From Octopus sinensis (taxonomy: Eukaryota), in assembly GCF_006345805.1 (NCBI RefSeq), contig NC_043001.1, positions 56,296,001-56,360,000 of the forward strand: 64,000 bases of DNA, written 5' to 3'. Positions 53,117 to 64,000 of the stretch are shown piece by piece. Made by a program: the position numbers and the translations under genes. Positions within the stretch are counted from its first letter, which is position 1, and the number at the start of each line of letters is the position of its first letter. Under the pieces are notes generated by a model. It was not told where the DNA came from and made no database searches. It worked only from the letters and a program-made list of their open reading frames with translations.

Positions 53117-54165
53117 TCACCGATCTTGGTGGGCCCATGAAGCCCATAGACACTGCTCCTTTTTGTAGACTAAATGAAAATATTACTAAAAAAGACGAAA
53201 TCACTCTGATCGGCTCTTCCACGTAGCGATTTCTAAGTAATTATTCCGAAGACTTCGAAAATTTTAGAATATCAAAATCTTTTATGCATACATGTTTATC
53301 AAGTAGAGGAACTCTAGGAAAAAAATTTCACCAGATTCTGCTCTGCATGATGTTAAAAAGTTTCCAACATTTGGCCAATTCATTCAAAGTTATTTCCGAG
53401 ACACAAAATGGAAATATGTCAAAGTGGTGTAATTTTATGTAAGTTTGCTTCTGAATGAGTGTGAAGTCAATCCAGTTTAGAATTTTGAAATGTCTTTTTA
53501 TGTTTTCAAGGTAGTATGGCAAGTAATACTTTTAATTATTCAGCATTGCTCTAAGACATACTCATTAGGGTGTGTACAATTACAAGCCTTGCAATTGCAC
53601 GAATTGTATAGCTTGAATCTGTCCATAAGAGACACCGATTGTCCAAAATTAAATGAATTGTTAAAGAAAGTTCTACATGGTTTACATTTGAAAATCATGT
53701 GAATTGCAGGAATGTGTTTGTGCAACAATTTGAAAGAAATTATTGCTAGATGTCGGTTGTTACTGGTTAAAAGGTGGACCATACCAACAGGTTCCAAAAA
53801 TACAAAAGCCAATTAGATGGCACTAACAGTCAAACGTACGTTATGACGGGTACCAGGAGAGTATTGGATCTTGAAGTACATCACACGAAGCTATAAATAG
53901 TAGAATAGGGTTGAAAAACCCTTTTGTACACCTAAAGTCCAAGGCTGCCTGTAGGATTTGAGCCGAAGTCTCCTGAAGACAGGCTTTCTGTCATTGAATC
54001 AAATGAATCCTTCAAATTTCTCCAATTTTAAAAATTTTGATCTTACCTTGTATGCTGTTGGCGACATGAGAAATTTATAATCTTTCACAATAATATAAAA
54101 TAACTTTCTTTTTAAATTTTGGATCTCAATGTACATCACATAAAGCTATAAGTAATAAGATGTAA

Positions 54166-54560
54166 GTAGGCGAGAAGGCAGAAACGTTAGCACACCAGGT
54201 GAAATACTTAGTGGTATTTTGTCTGTCTTTATGTTCTGAGTTCAAATTCCGCCGAGGTAGACTTTGCCTTTCATCCTTTCGGGGTAGATTAAATAAGTAC
54301 CAGTTACGCACTGGGATCGATATAATCGACTCGATCCGTTTGTCTGTCCTTGTCTGTCCTCTCTGTGCTTAGCCCCTTGTGGGTAGTAAAGGAATAGGTA
54401 TTTCACCTGTCTTTACGTTCTGAGTTTAAATTCCGCCGAGGTCGACTTTGCCTTTCATCCTTTCGGGGTCGATAAATTAAGTACCAGTTACGTACTGGGG
54501 TCAATCTAATGGACTGGCCTCTTCACCCCAAAATTTCGGGCCTTGTGCCTAGAGTAGAAA
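54166..54560 (+). mobile_element. Dimeric SINE family 1 variant
   Basis: The body gttctgagttcaaattccgccgagg...aagtaccagttac occurs twice (~54230 and ~54416), joined by a distinct linker. Confidence 0.8.
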
Positions 54561-54702
54561 ACTATATAGATAAGTAACACTTTATAAATAATGTTTCTAA
54601 AATGAACAGAAGAATTCGAAAGATTGCTTTGGTCCACTGATAGATGCTTGTCATCTCTATAGGAGATATAGGAGATATATATATAGGAGATATATATATA
54701 GG

Positions 54703-54735
<33 letters not shown>

Positions 54736-54869
54736 ATAATATATATATATATAATATATATATATACATACATACATGTATACACACAATTGCATTCATA
54801 AATGTTTGAATATACATACACACACACATATTCTTAAACAGTAATGTTATTGCCTGCGACTTCGAAATT

Positions 54870-55650
54870 CCGACCAGTTAACCCATCGCCAGACTGCAAT
54901 GCATTGAAGTTAACTTTGGCTTTATATTGTCTCTGTTAAAGTAATATCTTCCTCGGGTGTGCTGGTTTGAATGGAGTGGCAATTAGGTTTTATGGTACGT
55001 TGTTATGGAGAGGGGTTTTTTTGGAGACATTTTATTGCGTAAATTTCAGATTATGTTATTAATTAGAATTTATTCATGTACATAGAACTTTGTAAGGAGA
55101 TGTGAATATTTGGATATGTCTCTTTTAGTAGGTATAGGATGTGTCAGTAGTTTTTGTTATTTTTCGTTCTATTGGATCTAATCCTTTGCGTTGAAAATGT
55201 AAAGGTCAAAGGTTCAATGTTGAGTCTGGTATTTAAAAAAGTTTGTGTTTGTTTATTAGTTTGTAGTATTTTCGGTTAGCGTGGAAGTATTTTTGCAGTA
55301 TTTTGAGGAATAATTTGGCTATTAGCATGGAGACTTGAATGTTGAGGAGGGGATTAAACCAGATGATTTTCTTTTTTCTGTTATTACGTATTTTATCTAA
55401 TGTGAGGGGTCACTGCTTTATATATTGCACTTTTACCTTTTAACTGCTGTTATTGAGAGCTTCATTATATGGAATTGCTATTTCGTTCAGTAATTTTTCA
55501 TTTGAAGATAAAGAGGTATATCCAAGAAAAATGTTCTTTGCTAGGTTTTTGATAGTGTTTCTATTGTAAATGAAGAGACCAAGTTTTTGAAGAAGTGAAC
55601 TTTCTCCTTAAATTTATTGTTTTTTTTTTGTGGGATGTAGTTTCTTAGTA
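54870..55650 (-). mobile_element. Older Penelope-like fragment (RT-to-endonuclease linker)
   Basis: Reverse-strand remnants SLSSNEKLLNEIAIPYNEALNNS and RKKKIIWFNP, typical of the PLE post-RT region. Many stops. Confidence 0.65.
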
Positions 55651-55904
55651 AGTGTAGAGGGTCGTCCAATAATAACCACCTGATACTGATGAAAATTTAC
55701 TCTGTACGTTTTCTAAGATGTAAAGACAAACGAGGTCGTTTACCTCTGCCACCAAATGATTCTTCAGTGTTTTACTTAATCCAGAGAGCATTATTTCGGT
55801 GTCGTTTATTGCGGTTATAGTTTTAGTGAGGCCCAAAGCAGCTATAACAATAGGTTATTGGACACGTAATAGTCTATTATGTCAAACGTGGAGAAATGGC
55901 ATTC

Positions 55905-55955
<51 letters not shown>

Positions 55956-55958
<3 letters not shown>

Positions 55959-57648
55959 CAGCCGAAATTACTACGATGATCCGGTTCTTGACTGAAGACT
56001 GAGTGGTTCGAATGTCCTGTCCATGTTTATTGTATCGTCTTCTATGAGTTATACGTTCTTGTCCATGTTGTATTTTTCTACATACCTTAACATATATTCC
56101 AGGCGCCCCGTACCCCCTTTATCATTAATGTGAACACATATTCTTAATAATTGGTACGACTCTCTGTTTGTCTCTCTCTCTCTCTCATTTTTACTTTCTC
56201 TCTATTCATCTTCTCTTTCCTCTGATCCTTTGGTCTAGTCTTCCACTACCCTCCTATTTCTTTGTCTCGCTCTGCACTCACAGGTCATTCTTCGACACCC
56301 ATCCCTTCTCCTCTCTGATTCCTTCTTTCTCTCTCTTCTCTCTCTTTGTTGCGTTTTGTCCCCCTTTTCTCTCTCTCTCTTTCTTTTCTTTTCCCTCTTC
56401 TCTGTCACGTGACTGTTGGCCGAAATCTGCCTTTCAGCTCCTGACCCTCGTCGTGTTAACATCGTTGTTCTTCGTCCGCCGCTATAAAGGCTTTTTCCAA
56501 TGCGCCAGAGAAAAAATTTGTTTGCTTGTTATCAGTCGTAAGACACTTGTTGTTTTCACCGTTAATGCTTCTGTATTTCATGTTTCTGTATTCCATTATT
56601 GTTTTTTGTTTTTTTTTATATCTGTCCCTTTTGCTGTCCTGGTGTTCGTATGCATTCGATCCTTCTTCCAGGAAATCTACGCTTCCAGCTTAGTTTTTCT
56701 TGGAGGGCTGGCCGCGATCTAGTAATCTCAAGATTAATCAGCCGAAATTACTACGATGATCCGGTTCTTGACTGAAGACTGAGGGGTTCGAATGTCCTGT
56801 CCATGTTTATTGTATCGTCTTCTATGAGTTATACGTTCTTGTCCATGTTGTATTTTTCTACATACCTTAACATATATTCCAGGCGCCCCGTACCCCCTTT
56901 ATCATTAATGTGAACACATATTCTTAATAATTGGTACGACTCTCTGTTTGTCTCTCTCTCTCTCTCATTTTTACTTTCTCTCTATTCATCTTCTCTTTCC
57001 TCTGATCCTTTGGTCTAGTCTTCCACTACCCTCCTATTTCTTGTCTCGCTCTGCACTCACAGGTCATTCTTCGACACCCATCCCTTCTCCTCTCTGATTC
57101 CTTCTTTCTCTCTCTTCTCTCTCTTTGTTGCGTTTTGTCCCCCTTTTCTCTCTCTCTCTTTCTTTTCTTTTCCCTCTTCTCTGTCACGTGACTGTTGGCC
57201 GAAATCTGCCTTTCAGCTCCTGACCCTCGTCGTGTTAACATCGTTGTTCTTCGTCCGCCGCTATAAAGGCTTTTTCCAATGCGCCAGAGAAAAAATTTGT
57301 TTGCTTGTTATCAGTCGTAAGACACTTGTTGTTTTCACCGTTAATGCTTCTGTATTTCATGTTTCTGTATTCCATTATTGTTTTTTGTTTTTTTTTATAT
57401 CTGTCCCTTTTGCTGTCCTGGTGTTCGTATGCATTCGATCCTTCTTCCAGGAAATCTACGCTTCCAGCTTAGTTTTTCTTGGAGGGCTGGCCGCGATCTA
57501 GTAATCTCAAGATTAATCAGCCGAAATTACTACGATGATCCGGTTCTTGACTGAAGACTGAGGGGTTCGAATGTCCTGTCCATGTTTATTGTATCGTCTT
57601 CTATGAGTTATACGTTCTTGTCCATGTTGTATTTTTCTACATACCTTA

Positions 57649-57649
<1 letters not shown>
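55956..57649. repeat. Tandem element: 780/779-bp units with 135-bp terminal redundancy, embedded in (TA)n
   Basis: aatcagccgaaattactacgatgatccgg starts at 55956, 56736 and 57515. The third copy stops at ...cataccttaa (57649). (TA)n on both sides. I see only 2 differences between units. Confidence 0.92.
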
Positions 57650-57738
<89 letters not shown>

Positions 57739-58232
57739 TATGTGTCAATCTACCTCTCTCTATGTGCGTGTGTGTGTGCATTCATACATGCACACAAATG
57801 CTTCCACTATATTTCTTTAAATGCTGAGTAACACACCAGTTTGGTAAACTACAGAATGAGTTTCACTAATCTCCGTTCCGTTTCATCTTATCCTGTACAT
57901 TTCACTACATTTCATATCGGTAGCATAAATGTAAAGTTTATGAGCAATACTGGTGAAAGATAGGTATTGAGATACGTGTATTTGAATACAAATGATAGAA
58001 AGAACTCTTTGTAAAGATTTAGTCGAGAATACTTGACTTCCATTTTCTCCTGTTTTACATGAAACAATAATTAGCGAAAGCCATGAAAAATACCATACAA
58101 ATAAATATAGTTGTCTAGTATATATGCATGTACATACATACACACACATATGTACATAAGTATATGTACGTATACACACACACATATATATACATACGTA
58201 AATACGTACACACACACACATATATATATATA

Positions 58233-58385
58233 CGATGTGATTCCTTCAGTTTCCGTCTACCAAATCCACTCACAAGGCTTTGGTCGGCCCGAGGCTATTG
58301 TAGAAGACACTTGCCCAAGGTGCAACGCAATGGGACTGAACCTGGAACTATGTTGTTGGGAAGCGAGCTTCTTACCACACAAACA
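58233..58385 (-). mobile_element. SINE family 2, head
   Basis: cagtttccgtctaccaaatccactcacaaggctttggtcggcccgaggcta...gggactgaacc. Confidence 0.82.
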
Positions 58386-58424
58386 CGGCTGCATCTATAT
58401 ATATACATATATATTTTCTTTCTT

Positions 58425-58890
58425 TTATTCTTTTACTTGTTTCAGTCTTTTGACTGCTGCCATGCTGGAGCACCGTCTTGAAGGTTTATTAGTCGACATC
58501 TACTCTAGCACTTATTCTTTGTACGTCTAGTACCTATTCTATCAGTCTCTTTGATGTACCGCTAAGTTACGGGGAAGTAAACACACCAGCATCAGTTTTC
58601 AAGCGATGGTGGGAGGCCAAATACAGACATAAAGACACACTCACATACAAGCACACACACAGACACACACAGACACAGACACACACACACACAGACACAG
58701 ACACACACACACACACATACACACACACATATACATATACGATGAGCTTATTTCAATTTCCGTGTATCAAATTCACCCACCCACAAGGCTTTGAATGGCC
58801 CGAGGTAATAGTAGAAGACATTTGCCGAAGGTGCCATACAGTGGAACTGAGCCGGAATCATGTGGTCGGGAAGCAAGCTTCGTACCACAC
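58425..58890 (-). mobile_element. SINE family 2, full copy with internal (CA)n
   Basis: Tail cttttacttgtttcagtc...cgctaagttacggggaagtaaacacacc, and head caaggctttgaatggcccgagg...gcaagcttcgtaccacac. Confidence 0.78.
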
Positions 58891-58892
58891 AA

Positions 58893-58937
<45 letters not shown>

Positions 58938-58987
58938 CATATATATATATATAATATACATACATATATACATATATATATATAATA

Positions 58988-59079
<92 letters not shown>

Positions 59080-59326
59080 CATATGTAAGTATACACACTC
59101 ACACACGTATTATATTTAGAAATAAAATATATATCTGACAGTGACTTTGGTGTTTCTCTGGTAATTTCGCTCCGCAAGACAGCGAAACTTCTCAGTTACT
59201 GTCAACCCTTTCCTTATAAAAATAAAAATATTTAATACTCTATTTAAATGTATTTCTTCTCCAGTTAGTGTCTGAGACTTTTATATGCGATTTTTACATC
59301 AATCACACCCCCATATGCATACATAG

Positions 59327-59370
<44 letters not shown>

Positions 59371-61415
59371 TATATTATATATATATATATATACATATAA
59401 TAAATGTCTCTATGTGTGTGAGCGCATAAATACAAGACAAATAGTATATCTATTATTCACAAAAGCAAATATAAATATGCTGAGAATATTGTATCAATTT
59501 TGTTATTGAGAAATCATTTTGTTGGTTTTTGCTAGGAAGCAGAATTATATTGAGTGGCTCTTCAGACTATTATTGCTGACATATATGTCTGCTAATTCCC
59601 TCCCAGTTTCGAATCAGACGATAAACTTCTGCCAATCATCAAGTTCTTTATGGTTGATGGTTAGTGGTTGTAAACGCTTGATAAGTAAAACATGTTTAAT
59701 ACTAAAGTTAGCAAAGTTCATATATCAAAGACCTTGATAGACACTTTAACTCGTGTATTCTGGCAGCTGTCTAGATGAAGCTTTCATGTTTATGAGCTCT
59801 TTAATGCATATGTGTAACGGGTGAATAGTACATGTGTATGGAAAACTTGTAACAATTCATGCATATAGTGAATATACTTCGTAAGCTCTGAAGAATTTAT
59901 TGGCAGAAATTTGTCACGTCCCACCCATCTTCTCGCGATGATGTTACATTTCATGTTTAATGTTGACGTTTCATTCAGATTTTTTCAGTTTACGATTAGA
60001 GCTTGGTGAAGCCTATAAATATTACATAAAGATATTTATATTTCTTACAATCTAAATTCTTAAGTGGTTGTCAACACCCATAAGTTTATACTTACGTGTT
60101 TCATACTCCATTCTTTTTTTCTGTTGTTAGTGACAGGATGTCAAATATTGAAGGATTTACATGTCTTTCTGCTCATGAAACACCTCAAAGTTTCCCAGAA
60201 CGCAAACTATGATTTTAAATAAAGGCATTGAATCCGAATTTTAAAATAGACATTGCTTTCATTCTTGGGCATTGGTTTTTCATTTTAAAACAGTAGAAGA
60301 GAACATTGCAGAGCAAAAAATAAAGAACTTGTATTCTTGTCGTGCAAGAAAAAGCAGTCATATTCTCTACAAACTAAAGTCTACTATGTTATAGAAGTTG
60401 AACGCCTTAAATAATATAGTGCTAAATAGTTTTAAAATGAGGGAATGATAATGGCATGAAAGATTTTGACCATAAGTCTAGGCAATAAGACTGGTTTAGG
60501 ATTGAACACTAAAAGGAAAACATGGCAATAACGACAGTAACTGAGAAATTGGAGATTCTTCTTGCAATGATCCCTATAACTGTGTACCTTCTATTTCCAG
60601 CTAGGTGCACTAGGCTACTGAGAATTCAGCTTCTTGGTTGTACTAATAAAATACTGGTGACAAAATATATTTACCATACACTACACTATAACATAAATGT
60701 GCATGATATGTGTACCTCACCTGAGATAAACAAGGAATAATTTAGAAAATTCATAAGAGGTCTAATTATTATGTCTCATACTAAAGTTAAAATATTTGTG
60801 TATAAGATTAAATCTTTCACTATTTGAAATAACACTTAACTTCTTATTCAGGAAAAAAGACACCAAATGACAAATGGAAAACTAACTAAATGAAACAGTG
60901 TAGATATGAATATTTTTAAAAATGGTTCCATCCGAAAGAAATTATCCTTCTTATGAATACCAGCTAGAGCCGGAGAAGTGTTTTTATTTACAATTTTAAT
61001 GCATGAATTTATAGATCTACAGAATATTTTATCGAACAAAAGAGTTGCTGTTCATAGTTCTTCAAATCATAACACTGGAAATTGTTTCATTATGTTAGAA
61101 ATTTGTTTATGCTTTCAAGTGTATTTCATAATTAAGACTGTCGAAATTGTCGTGCTCGAAATTGTATGACTTCGTTGTATTAATTGTTTCTATTATGTCT
61201 TTGCTTTTCTTTCATTGTTAAAATACATATCTTAACAAACAGAATAATATTTGAAACTAGCTTGCTACTGCTATTGCTTAGCTCCTGGTCAGTTTTCATT
61301 AATCATACTTATGATCAAATTGTTCCACTCACATCATCCTGTCCTTATCTCAGCAACTATGTACCTAGGATTATAATTAGAAGTTCCCTCACTGGCTTGT
61401 ACATTATTATTTTGC

Positions 61416-61626
61416 GTGGAGGCGCGTAACTTAGTGGTTTCGATTCCTGGACTGAGTGACGCGTTGTGTTCTTGAGTAAAACACTTAATTCCACCTTACT
61501 TCAGTCTGCTCGGCTGGCAGAAATGATTAATCCTGCGACGGACAGGTGTCCCGTCCAGGTGGAGAATTTATATGCCAAGGAAACCGAGATACCGCCCTTA
61601 TGAGTCGACTTGACTCGAGAAGGTAA
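61416..61626 (+). mobile_element. SINE, same head as the 26492-26751 copy
   Basis: gtggaggcgcgtaacttagtggtttcgattcctggactgagtgacgcgttgtgttcttgagtaaaacactt. Confidence 0.75.
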
Positions 61627-62914
61627 TAATAAATAAATAGTATTATTGTGGTTGTTTACCTCAAATGATACCTGAGTTGTCCTATGATCACAATTTGTCT
61701 AGACATAATCTCATCAAGGACTACATTGTCTTTTTCTTTTCCAAGACGGTAGTTATCTGAAGGAGATTTGGTTGCTATTCCTAACAGATCAGACGATATT
61801 ATAGTGGCTTTCTCAATGGCTCTACTTGTGAATGTCGCTATGCTTGCTATTGTGTTCCCTAGTGTGTTGCACGCATTTGAACTAGCATAAGTACTGAGAG
61901 AATATATCTAGCTTTTAGTTATGGTGGAAAGGGTTGTTTTTTGTTTTGTGAAAGTGATATTGGATTAAACGATATAAAGATGAAGTAGGTCAATATCTTT
62001 GTCATATTAATACATATAATATTACCAGAAGTATTGCCATGGAATTTTCTCATTAAATCGCAAGTCAATCTCAAATTGATTCCATTTAATCAGTTTCTGC
62101 TTGGGAAGGAAATTATACTGATGATTGAGCTGACTTCGATGCTGATTGTGTGGATTGTAGTGGTGGTGGTTGTTCTGATGGGAGTGGTGATAGTGTCAAT
62201 GACGTTGGTAACTGTACGTGTCAATGGTGGTGTTGGTGCTGCATGTGTCGTCGGCGGTGATTCACTTCAGCAAGAGACGAATCCATTCTAAAGATAATCA
62301 AATTATTGTTACTTATAATTTAATTACTGTCTGATGAAAGGTAAATGTTTGTTTTATTGACAGGAATATATTGGTGGAAATAATAGCCGATGGAAATGAG
62401 AAACTCTATTAGTGACAACTGCAATAGTATCGGTTTAGTTCTTGCATTGATATTACAGTGGCTTGTCCAAAATCTTTCCAGCTTAAATGTCTACAGACAT
62501 TACTAGAAGAAAGACAGATTTTGGAGAAATCCTTCATTTAAATGAATGTAATGAAAAACCCATGTAATAGGAACCACTGGTGGGTTTCCAGGGAAGTAAA
62601 ATCACATTAAAGGTTCAATGCTTGGTTGTAACTTATATATTTCCAAGATGTGTGTGTGTGTGTGATATTTAGTCGTTTTCTATAGCTAGGATAAGAATGA
62701 ATCTCATTATAAAGGTCTTACACTTGATGATCATCCGAGAGATAAATGTTTTAATAGTGATTGTAAAACATTTCATAGAGCGAGAAAACTATTGCAACGC
62801 TGACTGTATGAAGGGTTGGTGCCTCTCAATACTTGATTACGTTTTGGGTTATAATTTTATATATTAAAGTGGCCGACTTTTACCTTTCATTATTTTGGGA
62901 TTGAGAAGACGATG

Positions 62915-63125
62915 AAAGGTGCGGGCAGGCAGAATTATTTGAGAGTCGGAAAAAAGTGCATTAAGAATTTTTTTCCCGATTCATTTCGTTCTGAGTTCCC
63001 TTTCTACCGAGGTGCTCTTTGCCCTTCCACATTTCAACATCGATAAGATAAGTCCTAGTCAAGTAGTACTGGGGGATGCAAACAACTTACCCACTCCTCT
63101 AAAATTGCTGATTTTGTTTCAAAAT
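62915..63125 (+). mobile_element. Highly decayed SINE family 1
   Basis: caggcagaattatt...cgttctgagttccc...accgaggtgctctttgcccttcc...aaaattgctgattttgtttcaaaatt. Confidence 0.55.
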
Positions 63126-63294
63126 TAGGAAGAATTATTTTGTGATGGAGAAAATTACTATCGGTCATATCCTAGGGTTGGTTCAACTGACTATGCCTTC
63201 CGCAAACATATAATTCTTTTTTGCACCGGAAATTCATTCATATTGTTTTAGTTTGGGAATAATTTTTACATTCCAGTATAATTTATGCGCTTGA

Positions 63295-64000
63295 CATTTC
63301 ATTGTGGTGTCATAATGAATATATTAAAACAACAGATTATGACGTCATAGTTCATATACTGAACAAAACATCATAGCCAACGGAATGGTTAATTTATTGC
63401 GATGTCATGATGAATATATTAAGCAATACAATCTGACATTATATGGTTGATATACAGAAGAATATATTGCGACGTCTTGGCTAATGTACGGAACAAAATA
63501 TTGCGACGTAATGGTTGATATAGCGATCAAAATACTGACATGATGGTCAATGTACAAAACGATGCACTGTGATACTATAGTGAAGTTGCCGGTGAATAAT
63601 ACATTGTGACGTCATGGTTAACATATGGAACAATACACTGCTGGATATTAATACATTGTGACATCAAGATTAACTTGATGGACAGTACATTATGACGTCA
63701 TGCTTAATGTATGGGATAGAAAAGATAATATATTGTGACATAGAGGTTAATATGAAGAAAAATTGATGAGACGTCTTGCTTAATCTGGACTATGTTTAAG
63801 GCGTTCTAGTTAATCGGCAGGGTGTATAAGATTGCTTACGTTTTTGATATGAGCAGAGATGCACCTTTGTACGTGTCATAAAATAGTTTGGCATGAAAAC
63901 ATTGAGACGTATAATAATTTCGCGTAACAATAGTCTGAACAATATGTTGTGACATCATGAACTGCGTTAGACTAATACGTTATGACGCTATAGTTGAAAT
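63295..64000. repeat. Degenerate ~35-36-bp minisatellite containing TGACGTCA
   Basis: Recurring unit approximately atattgtgacgtcatggttaatatacagaacaat. Exact TGACGTCA at 63340, 63607 and 63693. The array runs off the window end. Confidence 0.75.

Noticed and set aside
53540-53812. Cys-rich 90-aa minus-strand ORF (CKPC...CNCKACNC)
   Set aside because: No known domain spacing and no convincing splice sites. Left uncalled.
56168-57501. Duplicated ORFs of 184, 89, 75 and 71 aa in the tandem element
   Set aside because: They arise from CT/GA-rich low complexity, and the 1-bp deletion in unit 2 breaks the longest one.

Overview
Eukaryotic, AT-rich, repeat-saturated window with no prokaryotic features. 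The SINE sequences and microsatellite density match what I recall of Octopus-type cephalopod genomes; this is recognition from memory, not a database search. I cannot confidently identify a host protein-coding gene, rRNA, tRNA gene or CRISPR array. Most ORFs in the supplied track are artefacts of (TA)n, (CA)n, (TAA)n, (TGA)n, (CTA)n and (TATC)n tracts. The only long intact coding region is a 5'-truncated RTE-like LINE reverse transcriptase (8079-9999, minus strand). It has a 10-bp target-site duplication and is nested inside another repeat. Decayed retroelements comprise four R4/Dong-like fragments (restriction-like endonuclease type) next to (TAA)n/(TGA)n tracts, two Penelope-like elements and a CRE-like 3' fragment. 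There are also a hAT transposase fragment, a hAT MITE and about 20 tRNA-derived SINE copies from three families. Unexplained structure: a ~1.27-kb (TA)-centred palindrome, a 143-bp hairpin, a 535-bp foldback, a young 780-bp tandem element with 135-bp terminal redundancy and hammerhead-like motifs, a TGACGTCA-containing minisatellite, and three candidate minus-strand exons. Boundaries of decayed elements are approximate.
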